The notes under the pieces are model-generated. The model was not told the DNA's origin, made no database searches, and worked only from the letters and a program-made list of their open reading frames with translations. DNA of 63,986 nt, counting the filler, from Porpidia crustulata (lineage: Eukaryota): assembly GCA_964255105.1 (NCBI GenBank). It is 4 parts of 4 records of this genome, joined end to end, with 100 filler letters (N's around TTAATTAATTAA, not from the genome) between each part and the next. Parts side by side here need not be neighbours in the genome. Positions count along the whole stretch, not along the records: positions 49,172 to 63,986 come from CAXUWE010000356.1; 3 more parts are not named here. One strand, written 5' to 3'. Positions 51,697-63,235 of the stretch are shown here, in pieces. Position numbers and translations under genes: made by a program. The first letter of the stretch is position 1. Each line of letters opens with the position of its first letter.

Positions 51697-53147
51697 TTAT
51701 TCGGGGCCAAACGGGAGACTACCGACAAACAAAGGAATTACCTTTTGGATACCGGTATGTACTTTCGAGAACTCGCAAATTTGAAACCAGAGATTAGTGT
51801 CAAGTGCGCTGGGGAGAGATATGTATTCACCAGCAGACCAGATGCCACAATCCTCGCCCATGCCCACCCTTAATGCTTCAAAGTGCTGAAGACAATCGCG
51901 GAAGCCAGTCGGCAGATTGACGAACGATCCAAAGCCCGTGAACTTGTCGCCTTTTCTGTCTGTCAACATGAATTTGAGGAACTTACATTGAGAGAAGGCA
52001 GGATTGTAGTGAGGGAAATTGAAGTAAACCGGCCTGAAATTATCTTTAAGAGTCCTATAATATTTGCCAGCGTCCTGCTTCATACGTCCAACAAGCGCAG
52101 TAATACGCCTTTCCCGTTGTTCATAGACAAAAAACATGATAATGGGTAGTGAGAACGGCTCTAGCAATCCTGAGAAGGACATGATCTCCTGCGGCCATTT
52201 CGCTGGATTCGTGTCATCAATGCTTGCGAAAACTTGACGAACACTCTTTCAAAATTCCCATGTCCACGAGATCCTTAGTGCTAGTGACGTCGAGTAGACA
52301 TTTTCACTACGCTTCAACCAGCCCAGCAGCGCTGTAACGACGACATCGTCGAAGACACCCAAGAAGTCATTAGCTGCATTAATAATAAAGACATCTATAT
52401 TGCTGTAAGCTATTCTGAAAATTTTCCGAGAGTAGAAGCGACAAGCTAAATACTATGTCTTCGAATGTTGACGCCACGAATAATTGTTTTGATCGAAGAA
52501 TAGTCAACTATGTTTTCATCAAGAGAAAAGATGTCAAAATCGACTATGTGCTTCTCTCAAGCCGGCGTTCAGCCACGAGTTCTTCAAACCTTGGGTTTCG
52601 CGCTCGCTACCTGTTAAAGCTCTCCACCTCTCAACAATTTGCACCATCAAGCTCTGATAAGTCTTCGACTGTCTAACTTGCGAGCGCCTCTTTGCCACTT
52701 CTTGACGAAAGAAATCCACTATCTTTGCAGAGTCCGCAAGCGATGCGTTTTCTTTGCGGCTCTTGTCCATTGCCATTTCCAGAATCTCTTACACTTTCTT
52801 GCAGTAACGCCATGCGGTATTACTGCTAAGCCAAACCCCGATTGAATCACAGGATGAGTGAATAGCGCCACAAGCTACGATGACTGATCTCACTTTCTCG
52901 GCGAGATGTACATTCAGATTATGTTGTGTTCCGTGACTTCAGCTCGCGCTGAGATTGATGAGCGGGCCAAACCAAGAGCTTTGATGAATGCGGCCATTGA
53001 TGCGGTCTCGACTCTCAAGACAGATGGCCTGAAACCCTGTCGTAATGAGCAGCTCGGCCGCTCGAAGCCCGCTTACCCCAGCCCGACTATGCAGATCTTC
53101 CTCGACCGACCCTGACGATTGAAATGTACACTGGCTATGTCCATCAT
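51697..53147 (-). pseudogene. Flavin-containing amine/polyamine oxidase (Fms1-like) pseudogene
   Basis: Pieces across frames: KICIVG/AGVSGLRAAELL...CLESRDRINGRIHQ (frameshift inside GxGxxG), FDDVVVTALLGWLKR, DKFTGFGSFVN, GIWSAGEY; multiple stops and frameshifts. Confidence 0.8.
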
Positions 53148-53701
53148 TTTCATAACTCGCGAAGCGGATGATGAAGAGTGATGAACTTATTGGAGTGGAA
53201 GGCTTTTGCGTAACCAATAAGTGCAACAAAGAAGAACAAAAGTATACTGAGCTCTCTAAAGCTGCTTTGCATTATTTTATGTTATCTCAATGTGAAATGC
53301 ACAGCAGATGACAGCTAGAACAGGAAACGCGAGTTTCAACCGGCACTGCCAGACATGTGCTAATCTGTACTGTCGCAAATTTTTGAACCAACGCAACATT
53401 GTCTTGACCTGACAATATGTAATGACGAGCTCCGAGAGCGACATCTTGTGAGGCGATGCTCTATCATGCCTCGCAGCATCCATTAACCTATCAGAATGCT
53501 ATGATTAATGACTCATGGCTGACAGTGAACCATGAATATACGCCTCAATCGAAGTTATCATCCTGAGGTGTCCCTCTTTTTTGTCCTGACAGGAAGGCAT
53601 TAGATACAGTGCCACATAGAATTTTTGTTTTCTCACTCGGAATATCCATTGCTTTTCGTCTAATTCAGCTTACCTTCAATCCAGCCTCTGCCTGCTACCA
53701 C

Positions 53702-54300
53702 ATGGAGGAGGCAAAAGAAGCAATGGAAGCAGAAGCAGAGAAAGAAAACAATCGGTTCAAGCTAAGGCATCCTGGCGCGAACTGTCCGTCACTAATATCA
53801 AGAGCCTTGCCTGCGTGGCAGACAAGATTCGCCCTGATCTTCCAGAAAGTGACGAAATCTTTGCCGAGCGCGTCATGCGATTCCCAGAAGGCTGCCTGGG
53901 TCTTTTGGGAGGCAAGGGTGACAAGCTCTGCGACTATGTCATCTCTCATCCTATCAGGCGCTTTTAACCTCCAGCTTTGAACACCATGTTCGGGAAAATA
54001 GCCTCTGTCATGGAACAGTTCTATATCCACGACCTCGCAATTCTGCCCGATATCTGAGGGCGTGGCATTGCGCAGGAATGTATTAACAAGCTCTTTGCCG
54101 TCGTCAAGCGATGTCCGACGACCTACCTCATCTCCGTCGATGGCACAGAACAGTTCTAGAGCCGTTCTAGGTTCGTGCCAGTGTATATCGATGATGTTTG
54201 GGAAAAGAAGTTGCTGGATTATGGGGACGATGCTACTTACCTTCAGCGCAAGAACGAGGAACACCAGCTGCAGGGGACGAAGAATGCGAGACCGGCGTGA
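53702..54300 (+). pseudogene. GNAT-family N-acetyltransferase pseudogene (intronless, bacterial-type subfamily)
   Basis: WRELSVTNIKSLACVADKIRPDLPESDEIFAERVMRFPEGCL...YVISHPI...PPALNT...FYIHDLAILPDI*GRGIAQ...LISVDGTEQF*...KLLDYGDDATYL; in-frame stops at 53965, 54055, 54157. Confidence 0.8.
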
Positions 54301-55804
54301 TTAAGTTTGCAAATAGGGCTTCGTCGCTCCCATTTCTGGCAAGGCCTCAACACCCAGAATGTGACAGCCTTTAATCGGCTTCGACTTGTTCAATTAGGGT
54401 TGACTGCGACAACATCAATTTAGATTGCTCCTATTTTGATAAGTGCCAGTCGAGGCACATCTTGGTAAGCCCCCCCCCGATGGCAAATCTCAGAGATTGT
54501 AAAGGCTCGCTTTAAAAAATGCGGTAATCTCTCCATAAGTACATCGTGTGATGACAAGAGTTGAAAAGCGTGGCTTTGCCATTTTCATTTCTTTCGTATC
54601 AATAAGCGTCGTCTTAGTCCATCGAAGCTTGTCTTCGTCTTCGGGTAGAGAAGCTTCAGAATCCCATCAACTACGAGCTCTCGTCTTCTTGTGTGATGGT
54701 GATTCGTCGGGCATCCGCACACTCTCCGTACATACTCAAAAGATATGTGGGGATAATTCATTTTGCTATCCTCCTCCCGAACGATCAATCGAGGACATTC
54801 TGCTCTGCATCGGATCTCACGTCGCGAAGAAAAGATTGTCTCAAGGCGAACCTAGCTTCAAAAGAGAGAATCGTCTATGAAGTTGCGAGATCAGCGAATG
54901 GGATGTAAATTTTGCCCAACATTTAGACAGTCGACGCTGTTTTGACTAGTCGCTATTAGCCAGAAGCGAAGTCCATTGTGACTGAGGAATTGGCTTCGTC
55001 TTCCAATAACTTCATTGAGGTGGTTCCTCACGACAGAGTGAATATAATTCACATCTCTGCTGCTCAGTACTTGCAGATGCACAAATATCTTGGATAAAGT
55101 AGACCAGGGGACGCTATACGATCTAACGAAACATACGTTTCACAAGAACGAGGCAATTGCAATTCGTGCCAACGTCATCAATTCCGTTGATACAGTCTCT
55201 TCAGCAGGTTCCGTCAAAAGTAGTGCACTCTACCAAGTTTCGCGAAGTAGGTAAGATCAAATACGATGGGGTAAGTTGTATCTTCCATGATGAGTCTTGC
55301 GCATATACAGCTTGTTGATCTTATAAAATTCGCCTTGACAGATCAGAATCGTGTCGATGTATTGCGTACCAAGGTTTGGCCTCCCAGAGAACAGCTTCGG
55401 ATATTGTTTTACGATCCATATCCAGTAACTGAGGAGAACAGGTTTCTGCCACTTACAGCTTAGCTGTCATGGCACAATTGAAGAGGCATTATGTTCTCTT
55501 AGGGCCGACTGCTTTAAGGCCACTTTTGTCGATTGTGTAGGGGCTTGCAAGTCTCTGATCTTTGGCTGCTACTGTCCGGTTTCAAATGGGCGCAGAACCA
55601 TTATTAGATATACACCGCCCCTTTATTGCGGATACACAGCTGGTTTTGGCGATCGTCATGACGAATTAAAACCTCTATGCGTCATTCTTCCATCCATTTC
55701 TATAGTCTTTGCAAGATATCTTTTCCTTCAGGAGTTGCTCCAGTTCATGAAGTAGCGATTTCATCTGAGATGTAAGAGGTTTACCGAGCAGAGTCTCAGA
55801 CAGA

Positions 55805-56170
55805 TCAGTATAAGCCTTTCAGGATGTGTGAGTACAAAGTCCACGCGGAAGACATTCTTGTTGCCTCTAGCCCCAGTATTTGTTTGACATCCCATAGTCT
55901 TAAAAGATCTGCACAATGTCTTCCGCTTGATCCTGCATCACAATCTAAAGCGGCGTATTTCCATATGAATTCTCCACATCCGCAATTGCCCCATGTGCTA
56001 GTAGAAAGCGCACGGCTTCGGGTTTGGAACATTGCCTGCGTACAATAAAATTGTCCGCCCTTGGCCGCAAAATGAAGAGGATATTCCTGTTCTTGAAGCT
56101 GTTTATCGTTGGAGCCCCTTGGTTGATAGATCTTATTGACATCGGCACATAGTCCATATCTCCGCATTGG
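55805..56170 (-). pseudogene. Ankyrin-repeat gene remnant
   Basis: YPLHFAAKGG and, in another frame, EAVRFLLAHGAIADVENSYGNTPL*; disrupted by a frameshift and a stop. Confidence 0.6.
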
Positions 56171-57489
56171 TGAGTTGACCGTACTGAACAGCTTGCCGCA
56201 AGGCTTGAGTTCGTTCGTTCGACTTTAGCTCCGTGCTAAACTAGCAAGTTGAGCATGTTAGGTGGTAGATCCGACGCCGCTGTTCTCAGGAAGCTGTCGG
56301 TCTAGCCACCACGGTAGCATCCATTGACGTCCGCATTATGCGAGAGAAATAAAGTCGCAAGCTCAATATCACCGCGTGGTACTACGTAGGTAAATAATGA
56401 AGTAGCTTGGTCAAGATCGTAGTTTGGACTCGTTTCAGCCTCCAACAAGGCCCCAAAGACTTCATGAGATCACTGCCTTCCAATGCCTCGTGAATTATTG
56501 AGTGTTCGTAGATCTCCATTTCTTGGGGATGCTGTTTCAGGTCGTTCCGTCAGAGAGTTCACGATCCCCTGATCTGCCATGAAATTCCACATCCGCAGAA
56601 TACGTGTGAAATAAAGTTCATCAGGAGATAGACGGTGCCGGTTCAGCCGTGCTTGGTAATGATTTGGAGAAGGTAGTCGGTGATTGGTATTAAGGCCGCC
56701 AAGACGAGCTAGGATTAGGCGAAAAGGGCGTGGCATTCGGGGAGGCAGCCAGCTCCGCTTGCGGTGATGATAGATTGCGCGAGCTCTTCATCAAGGGGAA
56801 TCAAAGGAAGGATTTGATAAGTTCGAGATAGCTAGTACAACATCGGAAGGCGGACTGATTCGGGGTCGACATAATAAGCGGCTGAAGCCGGTAGAGATTC
56901 GAAGGCCTACCAAAAGAAAAAGCTTGTTTGCAGTAGCGCGAGATCTTGAATACAAAGTGGGCGTGTGACGCTCAATTTATACAAAGTAGAAGACCATCTA
57001 GGTACATTGCGATTACCACAAAGTGATACGTGGCGTGGCTTCATGACGTAGAGCGATAAATCAAAAGCTCGACCAGGCTTTTAATTTACGAAGCTGATAT
57101 CGAAATGAGTGTTCGTCTGCTGCGGTTTTCCCCAAAAACAAATCCATCCGTACGCGGTTCAATGTCGGCAAGGCGCGTGGGCGCATATTTACGGCATATT
57201 GTTACTCTAGGTCGCTTAGATACTCGAGCATAGGCGGCTGCAAAGCGGCACAGAGCGTCTGATGACTCCGAAGTCCTTCACTTCACATATCTCAATCAGC
57301 GACTTCATGATAACATCACCAAACACCGTGAGCAGCTGCGGAGTAACTTTCTATTGTCAAGGTCCCATTTGACGGACTAACTTAAAGCTTACAGTTAGTG
57401 TGCATAAGTCTTCAGCTACCCAAAATCAGTACTTTTCAGAAATTATTGATTTTGATGTAAAAGTAGGAATAGCCGAAGACTTTTGCCCA

Positions 57490-59391
57490 CTAGCTGTAAA
57501 ACGCCCACGTCCCTCCGAGGCCGAATCCCAACGGTTCCACCGAGTTGAATCCTATCATTTCCACCGCGCTGATCAGAAATGTCTCCTCCCACTGCAAGTC
57601 CCGCCTCACGCCGAAGCTATTCTCATAAGTTCCTTTGTCCGAAACCTCATGCGTAAAAACACCCTCCGTCAAAGTCTCATCCAGAGACAAGCGCACGCCC
57701 TGGGTACCCCCAAACAAGAGTCCACCCGTCGCTGGAAAGCTAGCATGCTGTGACGTTTGCTTCTGTGATAGGAACACTTCGTGGATCGGAGAAAGTTGGA
57801 AGAGCAAACTATGATGGAAGCCGAAATCTTTGTCGTGGGTACCGTCCCAGGATTCCCGAGAAAATGCACCGTAGATCAAAGGCACCTTCTCAACAGATTT
57901 CGCTGACGTCGCATGCTGGTTCTTGGGAGGACAAGGCTTGTATCCTGACACAAGTAGCACCGAAGGGTTTCTCCAAGATTCCATGTGGCCCTTGAGCGCA
58001 TCAATCGATACGGAGCCACTCGTAGTATAGAGCAAGCGTAGATCGTGAAAGCCAATGGCTTGGCTGAGGAAAAAGCTAATCTGACTAAGCACGGGAGGGG
58101 TCAGAATGATACCGGGAGTTGGAAGATAGGGCTCTCTGGGTTGGCTGATCTCTGCCGGTAAACTGAAGAGGCATTCAATAAGATTGTCGAGGTTGTGTCG
58201 CAGGTATGGCTACATATGTCAATATTGAACGATCATCTTCATTAGTCTCTTACCATTGACTTAGCTATGACCCAATTGAAACACATCCAGCGGACACCTT
58301 TATCCTCTATTTCGACAAATGCGGCGAGTAAACAGCTTGCAACACTCTCGAGCTCCGCAATCCACCCGACGTACTGCTCAGCAGCTGGGCCAGGTCCGTC
58401 GAGCCGGATCGTGAGTAGAAGCTTCAGAACAAGTAATAGATTCGCCGGGGGGATACGAAGATGATCCATGTTGGTGTTCAAACGCGGAAGCGTTCCCGCA
58501 ATAGGACCAAAGGCTGCACGCGCCGTCATCCTCAAGCAAGGATCTTGATCGGGTTGTGTGGTTGTCAAGGCATCCAAGAGGTCGGTGATCTCGGTGTCTT
58601 CCACCGAGGTGTCGATGAGCCAGTCGCAATCGGTATCCTGGTCAAGAAGTCGGGTCTCTTCCGCGTCGTCCTCGAGGGAAGGATTCCTCCACGCTTTTGC
58701 ATTCTCGGCTCCACTATCACAAGTCTGACTGGCAAGGCTCTGGAAAATCATCCTTCTCTTATCCCTTCTGGTCCTTTGGCGTGAGACCACCCAGTCCCCT
58801 GGGCCGCCTACTCCTTTACTCATAAAATCTCTCCTTTGAATCAATAGGGTAGCAGCACGTAACAGTCCCTCCAAGGTAAGCACGGGTAGCGGGTATATCG
58901 GAAACGGAACGGCGGCATGGTAGTTGATTGAGGCGAACAAGATAGGAGCCGCTTCTCTAACTGGATGGAATGGCACCGGAAACAGACTGACAAGCCATGA
59001 GGTGAAAGATGATTCTTCCCAGTCTAATAATGCATCAATATCATGAACCGAGAATGATAACACAGTTAAGAATTATGATAACAGGTCTCGCATCGTTACC
59101 TACGTTTGACTGAGGACTTTGAGCAGTAGGACGTGAATTGAGACTGCAAAAGGAGAAAATCATCACCATACAATCTCGCTTCAGCCTCGAGTGTCATTCT
59201 CTTCATGATGACGTCTGACAATTAGATGAGATCAGACTTGATGATCGAATAGACTGACCAGGTGTGAGTAGACCCTTTTCCCTCCAAGCAGTCACACTTG
59301 CGTTGTACGTCTTCTTCATATTTTCCTCCATGTTATTGTGTGGTCCCGCTGCAACTTCCAAGTCAATACTCCGATTAAGGTCGTAGTCCAT
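57490..59391 (-). CDS. TLDc-domain protein, divergent Rtc5-like
   Basis: Four exons join in frame through GT-AG introns; C-terminal LLYTT..S...ESWRNPSVLLVSG, IYGAF, LLFQLSPIHEVF, LSLDETLTEGVFTH, WEETFLISAVEMIGF. Confidence 0.75.
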
Positions 59392-60165
59392 TATATACTG
59401 CTTGACTCTGAGGATGGAGAAGAGTGTGGAGAGAAGGGTACGGTAGGAGGTGAAAGATGGAATGTTATAGTGATAACGGTGAGGCGTGAACAGGCACCAA
59501 TTAGTATGTCAGATACAGCATGTGCCACATTGGCTGTGCACCCAAAACCAACAACGTTTCGGGACTTGATCCTAATCCAGGGCTGAAACAGGCGGGCTTA
59601 ATCAGGGCGGAGCACTTAGGGTTGCCTAACCCGTCACTCCAGTGCTACCGAATTTATCCGTATCCACTACCATCGCCCACGCTGGCTGACTGGCTGGCTT
59701 TGAATCGATCATATAGCCCTAACCCTAGACAAGCTGTTCCTTTGAAAAGTCAGCCACCGATCGGCCCGACCGGCTCCGAGCTAGAGTGGGCGTAGCACTC
59801 GTAGGGAGGTGGCACGGGTGGGTAAGCACATGCACCATATGTGATGGAAACTTCCAATCTTACCAATCGCCAAATCATTGTTTCAACAAACGACACCTTG
59901 CCCACAAAAGTGCATAGATCAAGGCCACCCGACAGAAACAGAATTTTATGCTTGCAACAGTTCAGGCCACTTGAATCATGCAGGAAGTGGCATGGAAAGA
60001 ACCTTAATTCGAGCATCACGAATTCTGGTATATTATGCATCATTGCCTCCAATGTCTAGGGGACATGGCCGCACCGTTCTATGGCTTAAAGATAGTAACA
60101 GATCTCCCGCGAAATCAACCAACCAACCCAACACTCAATCAGAACACTCTTCCAAGTCCGGCCCG

Positions 60166-60836
60166 TTATGCTTTGATTGCATTGAATAGATCATCGGCAA
60201 ATGTTTTGCAATCATATTCGTCCTGAATATAATGCTTGCCCGTGATCAGATGCTGCCCTGCTCGTATATCTCGTCTCAGCGTGTGCTCCGAGTGTGCGTT
60301 TCTCCTATTGTATGGGAGAAAGTATGGACTTGAAGGGCAAACTCACCTAGGGCCGCGATTTCTCGGGGTTTCAAGGACGATCTAATTTCACCTAGAAAGG
60401 CGACATTCTCAAGACCTGGGGCCCATACAACTGGATCTTCTTTCACGGAAATACCCTTGTCTCCCGCATTTTTCCACAAGTCAAAGATGTGGCCCGTGAA
60501 ATCCCAAATGGTACGGTCGCTACCGTGTACGTATCCCACCATGACGGCCTTGTGCTTAAAACCAAGCCTCTTGCAGTAATCCTTGAGTTCAGCGCTGGCA
60601 TAATATCCCTCGTTGTTGTCCCAGGTGAGCATGAATGCATATTTTGATCCCGTTGTGATAAGAGTGTTGGCCGCGAAAATCTTACTGTACCTCGGTGTCT
60701 CTTGTCGGGGATCCCGGCGGACCGGGTCACGAACACTGGCGGAGACATCCCGAGAGGCTTCGATGGACCGAAAAACAACACTTGCTGCCGCGCTATAGGC
60801 GAAAAGAACGTAGCTCAGGAAGCTCAAGAACTTCAT
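60166..60836 (-). CDS. Secreted effector-like protein with putative permuted papain-like His...Cys motif (2 exons; intron 60346-60258)
   Basis: Signal peptide MKFLSFLSYVLFAYSAAA; LGFKHKAVMVG; after a GTGAGT...GCTGAG...CAG intron the exon reads QHLITGKHYIQDEYDCKTFADDLFNAIKA*. Confidence 0.75.
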
Positions 60837-62461
60837 TGTAACGGCTAAAGATCTGTAAAAACTTGCTGTGTAGGTAGAGAGACTCAATTGGATTTAGGAT
60901 ATGGAAAAAATTTCAACGACCGGCGTTGGTTTTGCTTCTTAAACGATTTCTGGGTTATTCAAGTGAGAAGGTGAGAGAAGTTCTTATATTGCTAGCAAAG
61001 ACACATCACCAGGTTCTAGTTCTCCATGGTTTAGAGCCAGACATTTCCCTCAGATCCCTCCTTCGCTGCGTCATACGTCTCATTGACCAATCAGCAAATG
61101 TAGAGTCGACAACTGAGATCCTTCATGTCGTTATGTTTACATCGAGGGAAACTTCGTACACGGATAAAACTAGAGGAGCGGTCATTCAAACGAGCTGCGA
61201 CAACTAACCACCCGCAGTGATCGCATGAGCTGTGACGTTAAAGACCACACCGCCTCATTCTCGGGAGGAAGGGCGGAGGAGATGGGCCAAACGGCACGGT
61301 ATCTGGCGTTTCACTTCAAAGTACCTGTGCCGTAAGGGCGCACAGATCATGTGTACATCTTACATCCAAATATATCGATAACATCTCTGTTTTTCAGTAC
61401 ACCCTAATGGTGATCGCCGTCCAGTCCCCTCTAATGTATAACATGAGTAGAGCTGGTTGTGGTTTCAAGATTAGGACACTTTTGGATATGAGTAACGCTA
61501 ATGACTGCAACAAGGCAGGGTATCACTTTCAAGGTATCTTATGGCTACCGTATAGTACGCAAATGCAACATCGCGACGAAGAAGCTTGGACTGTTGTGTG
61601 ATTTGATAAATCGTGATCAGACGCGCACGGTCGAAGATGGCGAAAATCTGGGATCTAAACTTGCATCTGGCAACATTGATCTTACTTCCAAAACTACATC
61701 TTGAATTGGTTGAACGACTGTGGAACGACTCTGGACTACGCCTTTGGTTGACGCGATTATCTCGACGAGTTTGCGAAGGCGCAGAATTGGGCTAAGGCTG
61801 GACTCAAACATGGCGTCGGAATCGCGATCCGTCACTTCGAGTCAGGAACATATATGTGCTTCGAAGTGGATGTGCCCTTCGGATGCTGTGGAGTGACATC
61901 GCAGCCTCCTTCAGATAACCTCTCTGACCCAGCCCACGTACAACAGGAAGCCTAAATGTTGGAAGGATTGGCAGCGCCACAAGCGCTTTGTATCGAATCT
62001 GAGAAATCGTGGGCATGTGGCCAGATTCGGATAACAGATCTTGGAATAAGGAGTCGACAGTGCAATACACCTCCGTTAGTTGTACGTTTCGTTCACAGTG
62101 TCAGAGTCCGCATCCCAACCACCTAGCTTCCATTGCGACGTCTGAGCCCTTCAAGACCACGTTGTCATTGATGGCCAACCCTTATAAAGAACAGACGCTC
62201 TGCCCATTCAAGACCGTACATCAACACAATAGAATAGCATCTCCATTGTCTTCAACCGAGTAAACGCTTCATCAACAAGTCCAATTTTTGACCGCCGAAA
62301 TCTGTACCAAGCCTCAGGTAGGCACGTCACAAGCCAGATCGCATCCTATCTACCGATAATCCATACTCGACCCATACAGGATCTAACGCCTTTTCAATTA
62401 CTATTATCATCCCATCGTACCGCTACCTCAATATCCCGCACTACGAAAACCGGATCGCAAG

Positions 62462-63235
62462 ATGCTCGCCTACACACACGCTGCGCTGGTCGCTGCGCTC
62501 TTCTACCAGGCAACCGTTGTGTTGGCCAACCCTGTCGACCTCGGGACTCGCACGGTAGTTGACGCGGACTGGGTCCAGTCCAACTTTGTCAAATGCATGA
62601 AGGGCATCTATCCCAATTTCCCTCAGGGCCCGCTGACGGCGGATAACGCCGCCAAGTGCCACGCCGAAAGCTACAAACCTCACAAGCGCAGCGCCACCGG
62701 CGTGGCGTCCGACAGCGAAGACGAGGGCGACTGGCTGGAGGCCCGCGACGACGACGTGGCGCTGAGCGTGACCAACGACCCCGCCTGCAACTCGGACCGT
62801 CTCCCCAAAAATTTCATGATCGTCACCGACATCAGAGCCAAAGCGCACGACTACTGCGACGAGATGAAGGCCGACCTGATCCAAAACGGCATCGGCAGCA
62901 TCAGCCCGACCTTGGCCAACGCCGTCACCAAATCGGCCAACGAACTGCACGGCAGGAAGGCCGTCATGCTGAGCCTGGTGCTCAGTGCCAACCCGCCGGC
63001 GTTGGCCGCCTTCAAAACAATTCAAGGCCTCGATGCCAAAATCGTGGATGTCTGTACGAAGGCGTTGACGACCCTGGCGACCAAGGGTCAGGGCTGCACG
63101 GGCGAGATCAACTCCTACAATGCGGGCAAGGCCAAGCAAATGACCACGACCGGCGCAATTGGCGGTGCGATTGATATATCCAACGGCCAGGTCCCGTGGT
63201 TGTGGCTCGCGGCTGATTACATGGCGCCGAATTAG
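62462..63235 (+). CDS. Secreted 257-aa Cys-containing prepro-protein (effector/toxin-like), CDS intronless and GC3-rich
   Basis: Signal peptide MLAYTHAALVAALFYQATVVLA-NPV, putative Kex2 sites (LGTR, HKR, LEAR), 6 Cys, strong C/G third-position bias; probable 5'UTR intron near 62318-62379. Confidence 0.85.
   Translation: MLAYTHAALVAALFYQATVVLANPVDLGTRTVVDADWVQSNFVKCMKGIYPNFPQGPLTADNAAKCHAESYKPHKRSATGVASDSEDEGDWLEARDDDVALSVTNDPACNSDRLPKNFMIVTDIRAKAHDYCDEMKADLIQNGIGSISPTLANAVTKSANELHGRKAVMLSLVLSANPPALAAFKTIQGLDAKIVDVCTKALTTLATKGQGCTGEINSYNAGKAKQMTTTGAIGGAIDISNGQVPWLWLAADYMAPN

Noticed and set aside
53695..54264. 189-aa minus-strand ORF
   Set aside because: Antisense shadow of the GNAT pseudogene on the + strand.
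54550..55750. Possible protein kinase remnant downstream of the ankyrin relic (STKVALKQ, NYIHS)
   Set aside because: Too degenerate; no clear HRD, DFG or APE motifs could be reconstructed.
62441..63139. 232-aa antisense ORF
   Set aside because: Shadow of the GC3-rich secreted gene on the + strand; no independent motifs.
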